DNA of 64,000 nt from positions 62,001 to 126,000 of the IMG/VR virus record IMGVR_UViG_3300047560_000921; one strand, written 5' to 3'. The position numbers and the translations under genes are program-made. Shown here one piece after another: positions 58,203-64,000 of the stretch (within the stretch, counting starts at the first letter, position 1; each line of letters opens with the position of its first letter). The notes beneath the pieces were generated by a model. That model had not been told where the DNA came from and made no database searches. It saw only the letters and a program-made list of their open reading frames with translations.

Positions 58203-58839
58203 CTTTAACAGTCCAGTCGAGGTCGGGTTGATTTAGGAAAGAATGAAGTTCTTCCGCAGGCATTTTATATCCGTAGATATTATACTTGATAAAGCGAGTG
58301 ATAAATCCCTCTGCTAGGTATTTTGTACAGCGCAAACGTCCGTGAGCTAAATCTTCTAGGGCTTGGTCGCCGAAAATAAATGTACCTTGTCCGTCAGTGG
58401 CAATTTTGCAAACACTAAAATCAAAGTCATTAAAAATTTCTGTTAATGAAGAATAAAACTTCTTGCGGATTAACTGTACTTTGTATTCAGAGCTTTGTTT
58501 ACTACTCTTACTGAACATTGATAGTTCGAGTTTATCAATTAAACCGGGCTCTTTATACACACCTGTAGTTGTTTCTGGTTCCCAGTCTACATTAATATTA
58601 ACTGTAACAGCATTATCAGTTGTATACGGGCTAGATATTCTGTGTTGGTTAACTCTGTTGGATGCTTCGGACCATTTACCAACATTACTGTACCACACAT
58701 CGACGTCATTGAGTGGACTGCCTAGGAATAAACACCTTGCGGCACCACCGGCAATCCATGCACCGTCACCAATGCCACAGGCTGATAATAGTTTTGGCGG
58801 CAAATGTTTTGATTTATCGGAAATAAAGATAGTTTGCAT
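58183..58839 (-). CDS. Nucleotidyltransferase (CCA-adding/poly(A) polymerase head-like)
   Basis: WIAGGAAR...NDVDVW (GG..R, DxD) and FDFSVCK. Confidence 0.7.
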   Translation of the reverse strand: MQTIFISDKSKHLPPKLLSACGIGDGAWIAGGAARCLFLGSPLNDVDVWYSNVGKWSEASNRVNQHRISSPYTTDNAVTVNINVDWEPETTTGVYKEPGLIDKLELSMFSKSSKQSSEYKVQLIRKKFYSSLTEIFNDFDFSVCKIATDGQGTFIFGDQALEDLAHGRLRCTKYLAEGFITRFIKYNIYGYKMPAEELHSFLNQPDLDWTVKDESATY

Positions 58840-58854
58840 AATGCAAGTATAGCA

Positions 58855-59214
58855 TTATTGTTCATTATCGTCAAGGTTGACTCCAACCGTTTGTCCTAAA
58901 TGCTCAATGTCGCCACCATTTAACTTGAGCATAAAGGCATCCTGTTCACTGAATAGCCAAATAGCACTGCCAGTTATGTAATATGGAAAGGTCATTGCTC
59001 TTTCCAATATAATTAAGTGCTTGTTTCGTATTCTATGTTCTTTGTCTAATTGGATTTTGTAACTAGTGAATATAGGTTGGAGTAACATAAACCCTTGTTT
59101 GGTTAGTCTAGTACCACTACCTTTATTGTAGTTGTAAAAGACATGCCATGGATTTACTTTATCTAGTTTGTGGAACTTTTTAATCTCTTCGGTGATGACT
59201 TCACTTAGATTCAT
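58855..59214 (-). CDS. Conserved hypothetical protein
   Basis: RLTKQG...PYY motif; in operon. Confidence 0.65.
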   Translation of the reverse strand: MNLSEVITEEIKKFHKLDKVNPWHVFYNYNKGSGTRLTKQGFMLLQPIFTSYKIQLDKEHRIRNKHLIILERAMTFPYYITGSAIWLFSEQDAFMLKLNGGDIEHLGQTVGVNLDDNEQ

Positions 59215-59497
59215 CTGATAGAGGCTTACCTTGTGTTAACTCAAACACTTGGAATTTATCAGTTTTAAAAAGTTTATTAAGTCTTTCAGCTAGGTTAAAT
59301 GCGTGTCCGCTATTGCTGAATGAAACTTTCTTGTACTTAGGGCCAGGATAGTTAACTAGACTGTTTAGTGTGCGAAGATTAATCGGATTACCGTCGTAGA
59401 ATACTGCAAAGATGGCATCTGCTTCTAGGATTTGTTCGCTTTTGTATGTTTTAGGGTTAGTGTAATCTAACAGTATCTGTGGTTTAGGTCTCGCCAT
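59201..59497 (-). CDS. Conserved hypothetical protein
   Basis: MARPKP...PGPKYKKVSFSN.GHA.NLA; TAAATA at 59518-59523 and an AAGGA RBS. Confidence 0.7.
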   Translation of the reverse strand: MARPKPQILLDYTNPKTYKSEQILEADAIFAVFYDGNPINLRTLNSLVNYPGPKYKKVSFSNSGHAFNLAERLNKLFKTDKFQVFELTQGKPLSDESK

Positions 59498-59554
59498 CGT
59501 AACTTCCTTTGTATGGATATTTATCCATTAAAGTAAGTTTTTATTGGCTTTAGA

Positions 59555-59758
59555 TTACTTAAAAGAGCCGCCGTCTGTAACTTGTGGCTTGTGTATTACC
59601 TGTGGTTTTTCTATAGCTTTTACGCTTAGATTAGTAATAACTGCAAGTAAAGATACAGCATCGGCGGTAGAAAGGCGTACTTCTTTGCTATGTGTGCGTG
59701 TAGCAGTCTCAACAATGTCGCTGAGCTTTTTTACTACTGCAAAGTTAATTTCTTTCAT
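59555..59758 (-). CDS. Small hypothetical protein
   Basis: MKEINF...DGGSFK. Confidence 0.55.
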   Translation of the reverse strand: MKEINFAVVKKLSDIVETATRTHSKEVRLSTADAVSLLAVITNLSVKAIEKPQVIHKPQVTDGGSFK

Positions 59759-60212
59759 TTTTCTTTCTTTGAATGGCCAGCAACATGTCTTCTTGTGTTT
59801 TAAACGGACCAATATATGTGTAGCCTTTGAGCGTTGTTAGCCTTGGGCAAAAGCTAGTAGTCCAGCCATTGGGGAATTGAATTCCATAATAGCCTGCGGC
59901 ATGAAAGCTCTTGGACTTTTCTGTCTTAGTAAAGATAGGCAATCCGTCTTCTTCTTGCTTGTTAAAGATTTGTGGCCATGCGGTAGGATAATCTAGGACA
60001 AAGTCGTTGCTATTTTTGATACTAACTTCTTGGGCACTGGCACCTAGGCTAATTTCCAATTCGTCTTCTAATACTTTAACATCAGTGTAACGTCTCATTC
60101 CGCCTTTAAAGCTCAAAGTAAAGACGTTATCACCGTTATGTATAGTACCAATCTTCTGCCCGCTTTCTTCTAGGATCCAAAACTTACCGGGCATAATAGT
60201 TTTGGCTAACAT
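59745..60212 (-). CDS. Conserved hypothetical protein
   Basis: FTKTEKSKS..AAGYY....FCP.......GPFKT. Confidence 0.7.
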   Translation of the reverse strand: MLAKTIMPGKFWILEESGQKIGTIHNGDNVFTLSFKGGMRRYTDVKVLEDELEISLGASAQEVSIKNSNDFVLDYPTAWPQIFNKQEEDGLPIFTKTEKSKSFHAAGYYGIQFPNGWTTSFCPRLTTLKGYTYIGPFKTQEDMLLAIQRKKNERN

Positions 60213-60213
60213 T

Positions 60214-61194
60214 TTAGTACTTTGCATTCAAATAACTCACATGGTCGTCGGGTCGCTTGGCAATTTCTTGCAAGTCCCACTTACCACAAAATCGCAAGAA
60301 TTCCACACCTACTTGCTTCTTGGGTTCCTTTTGCAGATTATCTGCAATGGTTGTGTCTAGCGCAAGTTTAATATCATCAGGCTGTTGTGTCAAGTCAATG
60401 ATATGTTTATTTTCTTCGTACCTGTCACGTACTCTGTGTTCAACTCCATCGTGGTCAGTCCAACGTTGAAGCATGAGATTGTTCCAAGAATATCCTTTGT
60501 CATTTCTATCAGCAAAGGCTTCTTGCAAACCTACTTTATTCTTAGTGCCTTTGGTACGAACACCCGGATAAGCACTGAAGACGTTATCGCTAGTATCGCC
60601 ACGCATACATTTCTCAAACAGTAGCCATTGTGGATCAGGGACAACCTTAGGCAGTTTAGTTTTCTTATCAATAACTGGCTTGCCCTTGTCGTCAAAGATA
60701 CCTGTAGTGGTAATTGTTTCTTTAGTAATACCGTTGTACTGTTTCACATTAGCGCCGAGCAATTGGTAAAAGTCGCTGTCGCTTGAAACAATTACATGCT
60801 CCGACTCTGGATGTGTTTGAATCCAACGTGCAATGAAGTCATCTGCTTCGCAACGTTCATGTCGCAGTGTAGTACAGTTAGTCTTGTTAGTAAGGAATTC
60901 TTTGAAATAATCAAATGCCTCCCAAAACATCTTGTCTTCTTCTGCTTCTTTCTCAGTAAGTGCGGCACGTGCCGCGGCACGATTAGCTTTATACGGAGGG
61001 TAAACATCTTTGCGCCAGCTACGACCTTCGAAACAGAAGATTACGTGCTTGCCCTGAAAGTCACGCCACACCTTGTTGATACTGTTAAACATAATGTGGT
61101 AAGCCATACCCACTTTAGTTTCCGCATCGTCGCCACGAACAACGTGACGAGCACGGAAAAACATATTACTTGCATCAACTAGAATATAACTCAT
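60214..61194 (-). CDS. rnh: T4-type RNase H / 5'-3' exonuclease
   Basis: ILVD..N, SWRK..YP.YK.NR, EADD, SSDSDF.QL, GD.SDN. Confidence 0.9.
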   Translation of the reverse strand: MSYILVDASNMFFRARHVVRGDDAETKVGMAYHIMFNSINKVWRDFQGKHVIFCFEGRSWRKDVYPPYKANRAAARAALTEKEAEEDKMFWEAFDYFKEFLTNKTNCTTLRHERCEADDFIARWIQTHPESEHVIVSSDSDFYQLLGANVKQYNGITKETITTTGIFDDKGKPVIDKKTKLPKVVPDPQWLLFEKCMRGDTSDNVFSAYPGVRTKGTKNKVGLQEAFADRNDKGYSWNNLMLQRWTDHDGVEHRVRDRYEENKHIIDLTQQPDDIKLALDTTIADNLQKEPKKQVGVEFLRFCGKWDLQEIAKRPDDHVSYLNAKY

Positions 61195-61196
61195 TA

Positions 61197-61523
61197 TTAA
61201 CCTTTGCGTTTTTGCAGAACATCTGCGTCAGCGATAAATTTCTCTTCTTCAATTTGACTACGAGCAATGCTATTGCACAAGTCATTGAACCATTGGTCTA
61301 CGATTGCATCTGGTGTGCCACCTTGATAACCTGCACGACTTAGCATAGTTACAAAGTGGTCATTCCAGTCTAGCTCAAAGTAACCTTGATTAGGACTTTC
61401 TGGATCTACATCTACTTTAACTACTTTGACCCATGGCTCACCGTTTAGTGTAGCTTGGTCCTTTTCGCTTTTTGTTTCTTCTTTCTTTTTAAAGAAACGT
61501 TTAATTTTATCAATGAATGCCAT
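61197..61523 (-). CDS. Conserved hypothetical protein
   Basis: EPWV...G.FELDWN..F...L...GY; GAAGGA RBS. Confidence 0.7.
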   Translation of the reverse strand: MAFIDKIKRFFKKKEETKSEKDQATLNGEPWVKVVKVDVDPESPNQGYFELDWNDHFVTMLSRAGYQGGTPDAIVDQWFNDLCNSIARSQIEEEKFIADADVLQKRKG

Positions 61524-61564
61524 TTTTAATCCTTCCGTAATTGTAACATAAAGAACATATTGTG

Positions 61565-61747
61565 TCAAACATGTTCTTTACCCCATTCGATTTTAAGCCA
61601 AACTCTTTCCATAACATAATGGATAAGGGTAAGAATGATATGGATAACAATAGCAGTGCCCAAACCTGTAATAAGGGCAGTGATCAGTGTTGCAACAATC
61701 CTATAGGAAATTGCCCTAGCTAATGTTCTGCTATGTGTTTCTGTCAT
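61565..61747 (-). CDS. DUF2061-like small membrane protein
   Basis: ETH.RTLA.AISYR...Y..ERVW..I.WG. Confidence 0.7.
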   Translation of the reverse strand: MTETHSRTLARAISYRIVATLITALITGLGTAIVIHIILTLIHYVMERVWLKIEWGKEHV

Positions 61748-62616
61748 TTGCCCCATCCATTGCCCCACAAGTCTACGTGTAGACGCGGGCTATAGTTCCA
61801 ACCTTGCTCTGCACAGATGTTTGCAATTCGAACCTTATTAGCATCGTAAGGAGCAACAACGCCGCCCTGTGGCATCAAGTATACAGAGCCCTTAAAGCCA
61901 CCGGCTCTAAACTCTGCAACTGCACGTCGAGCCTCTTCAATGTGTTCATCTGTTTCTACAACAAACTTCAAGTAGGTATGTCCAACTTCTTGATAGCTAG
62001 CAACAATGTCTGGACAAATAGCTTCTTCCCATTTCTCGCCACTAGCACTTAGTTTAGCACTAACACTGAATGTCACAAAGCGACTTTGCTTTTCGCCTAG
62101 TGCAGGTTGTTGCCAAGCATTTAAGAAGTCGCGGAATCCTGGCTGTAGCTTTTGAGTGCCGTTAGTTTCAAAAGTAATGTTTCTAAGATTGTGCATCTTA
62201 GGATTGCTAATTAGTTCTTCGTACGCACGTTGCCAACCTAGTAACGGTTCGCCACCTGTAATAACTAGATGCACATCATTGCCGTTGTCCTGTAGCCAAT
62301 CGCCACTAGGGCAAATTGCTCGCATAGAATCAACTAGCTCTTCTGTAGTGTATGTTGGACTTAGTTCTTTAAATGCAGGATGCCAACTTGCATAACTGTC
62401 ACAACCAGTATTAACTAGTGGTAGCTCTTCAAATGTGTTGTACATGTGTACGACTTGTGCTACATCGTCTGCTTCGGTACTCTTCTCGCCTGGCTTGCAT
62501 CCAAACCCTGCACAAGTAAAGTTACAACCAAATGTACGCAAGAACACACTAGGTACACCAACAAAGCGACCCTCGCCTTGCAAACTATAAAATTTCTCAG
62601 ATACCTTGATCTTCAT
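61744..62616 (-). CDS. queE: QueE-like 7-carboxy-7-deazaguanine synthase (radical SAM)
   Basis: E.FYSLQGEG..G.PSVFLR..GCNFTC...CDS (long insert before the third Cys), ITGGEP, ETNGT, PRLHV.LWG. Confidence 0.85.
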   Translation of the reverse strand: MKIKVSEKFYSLQGEGRFVGVPSVFLRTFGCNFTCAGFGCKPGEKSTEADDVAQVVHMYNTFEELPLVNTGCDSYASWHPAFKELSPTYTTEELVDSMRAICPSGDWLQDNGNDVHLVITGGEPLLGWQRAYEELISNPKMHNLRNITFETNGTQKLQPGFRDFLNAWQQPALGEKQSRFVTFSVSAKLSASGEKWEEAICPDIVASYQEVGHTYLKFVVETDEHIEEARRAVAEFRAGGFKGSVYLMPQGGVVAPYDANKVRIANICAEQGWNYSPRLHVDLWGNGWGK

Positions 62617-62998
62617 AATACTTCCATTTCCATCCTAATCGTTTCAAATCGTTTTCGATTTCTTCTTTAACTTGACCTTCGTTGGCAAACGTTCTGCCTT
62701 CGTCGCCCATTTCGTCGCCGTCATGATCCGCATCACGAATGCCACTACAGTAATAGTCTAAGTAGTCTTCGTCGCGCTTGCCCAGACCCGCAACAAAGCC
62801 ACCTGCCCAACGCCAACTGCAACTCCATTCGTTGTTACCAGTTAATACAGGCAGGAATTCTGTTTCTTTGTACCAAATAATGTTGCACAATGCCGCATAT
62901 AAGTTTTGTGCATATATCCTGTCGTGAATTATTTTACCAACAACAACGGGGTCGTTGGTAATGTCGTCGCTTAAACTAACGTGTTCTTCAAGGTCCAT
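62597..62998 (-). CDS. Conserved phage hypothetical protein
   Basis: YAQNLYAALCN...WSCSWR.AGG..A....DYLDYYCSG. Confidence 0.75.
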   Translation of the reverse strand: MDLEEHVSLSDDITNDPVVVGKIIHDRIYAQNLYAALCNIIWYKETEFLPVLTGNNEWSCSWRWAGGFVAGLGKRDEDYLDYYCSGIRDADHDGDEMGDEGRTFANEGQVKEEIENDLKRLGWKWKYYEDQGI

Positions 62999-63002
62999 GT
63001 CG

Positions 63003-63032
63003 TATTATAACTTATAATGTCTTTTGCGTCAA
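63003..63032 (-). promoter_or_regulatory. sigma70-type promoter; ATG 5 nt after the -10
   Basis: TTGACG-N17-TATAAT-ACGAC-ATG. Confidence 0.75.
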
Positions 63033-63604
63033 GTCCACATTTTCTTACAAGCATCGATGATTTGTTGGTTCCGGATAAAAGCCCTATCCACTAATCCAAT
63101 TTGTTTATCAAACCATTCTGCGCCAACACTAGCACTAGTAGGCGTAGGAATACTGATTTTGGCAGTACTGTCGGGACCTTCTCTTACGATACCAATGTTA
63201 TGCTTGTGCAATAGCCTGACCATTTTGTCGTTGTAGCTCAAGCAATGCATATAGACCCAATTGTAATTTCTATTCTGGCACCAGCGTAAAGCAAACAGTA
63301 ACAAGTCACTGCCAGCGCCGTGTCGCTGATACTTCTTATCGATGCTTAGGCCAATCTCGGCTTCTTCGTCGTTGTTAATTGCAATGTGACAAATACCAGC
63401 AATGTTGCCTTCAATGTCTTTAACTGCAATAATTGTGTCAACGTCTTTGGCCGCCCACTCATCAATCATTTTGTCAATCATGTATTCGGTAGCATGGTAA
63501 CTAAAGCGACATGTTAGACTATCTGGATCTAAGCTCTTTAAATGCTTGCGATAAATTTCCCACTTGTCTGTTGTTAAGACAAATGGGTGTGTTAAGTTAG
63601 GCAT
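63029..63604 (-). CDS. GNAT acetyltransferase
   Basis: AEIGLSI...YQRHGAGSDLL (acetyl-CoA motif A), N..M..L. Confidence 0.85.
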   Translation of the reverse strand: MPNLTHPFVLTTDKWEIYRKHLKSLDPDSLTCRFSYHATEYMIDKMIDEWAAKDVDTIIAVKDIEGNIAGICHIAINNDEEAEIGLSIDKKYQRHGAGSDLLLFALRWCQNRNYNWVYMHCLSYNDKMVRLLHKHNIGIVREGPDSTAKISIPTPTSASVGAEWFDKQIGLVDRAFIRNQQIIDACKKMWT

Positions 63605-63824
63605 TGGCTAGTACCGAGGCAACTGACTTCATTTCTTCTGGGTTTAGAAAAAACTCGTAAGTGCTTTCGTTGATTTGTTCGCCTTTGTCGTTAAACTCTT
63701 CGCGAACAAAGTAAACAGCTTTAAGGTTAGATGGACGTAGTACGTCATTGACCTTAACAGTCATTTTGAAACTAGGTGTGTCAGTAATAACTGCTTGTCT
63801 TGTGTTTAGGTTAAAAGTTGTCAT
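63597..63824 (-). CDS. Small hypothetical protein
   Basis: Coupled on both sides. Confidence 0.6.
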   Translation of the reverse strand: MTTFNLNTRQAVITDTPSFKMTVKVNDVLRPSNLKAVYFVREEFNDKGEQINESTYEFFLNPEEMKSVASVLANA

Positions 63825-64000
63825 TTCTCTGCCTTCTTGTAATTTCCTTTTGACGGGATTACATGTCTAACGCCGCCAGTAGGATCCTCCATATCACCGT
63901 GATATCTAGGAATAAGGTGTACGTGAGGCCAATCAACAGTTTGGCCCGCCGCCTTACCGTAGTTAAGTCCAATGTTAAAGCCGTCCCATTCGCCGTTCTT
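63821..64000 (-). CDS. HIT-family hydrolase (5' end outside the window)
   Basis: Manual translation: GFNIGLNYGKAAGQTVDWPHVHLIPRY.GD..DPTGGVR. Confidence 0.85.
   Translation of the reverse strand, partial: KNGEWDGFNIGLNYGKAAGQTVDWPHVHLIPRYHGDMEDPTGGVRHVIPSKGNYKKAEK

Noticed and set aside
1-64000. tRNA/rRNA genes, introns or inteins, stop-codon recoding, DGR
   Set aside because: Intergenic gaps are short and showed no cloverleaf by eye; core enzymes have normal length; code-11 ORFs tile the window; no reverse transcriptase. A tRNAscan/Infernal run would be needed to be certain

Overview
This window is part of a large T4-like or jumbo myophage genome (about 40% GC, standard genetic code). From left to right it carries: (1) a gp55-like late sigma factor, truncated at the left edge; (2) a baseplate/tail module (tube-like protein, gp53, hub, gp5-lysozyme, then gp25, gp6, a 3042-aa wedge protein and fibre-like proteins), interrupted by an accessory island with DNA ligase, HNH and GIY-YIG nucleases and an oxygenase/QueC-like/oxygenase triplet; (3) a + strand block of five glycosyltransferase-like genes, a twitch radical SAM and a methyltransferase, directly behind a virion protein with a (GYG)n tyrosine tract; (4) a convergent - strand block of about 10 kb of tailoring enzymes (two asparagine-synthetase-like PP-loop enzymes each followed by a paralogous GNAT-like gene, B12 radical SAM, acyl desaturase, TauD, two AspH-like hydroxylases, SDR, GNAT); (5) thyX, MoxR/vWA, a DGQH-HNH pair, a nucleotidyltransferase, RNase H, QueE, GNAT and HIT genes, with many copies of a near-consensus sigma70 early promoter. 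The best candidate for an undescribed system is the roughly 20 kb modification supercluster (28.5-48.3 kb). It has no scaffold-building enzyme and may decorate virion proteins. All functional calls come from motif recognition by eye; no database searches were run.
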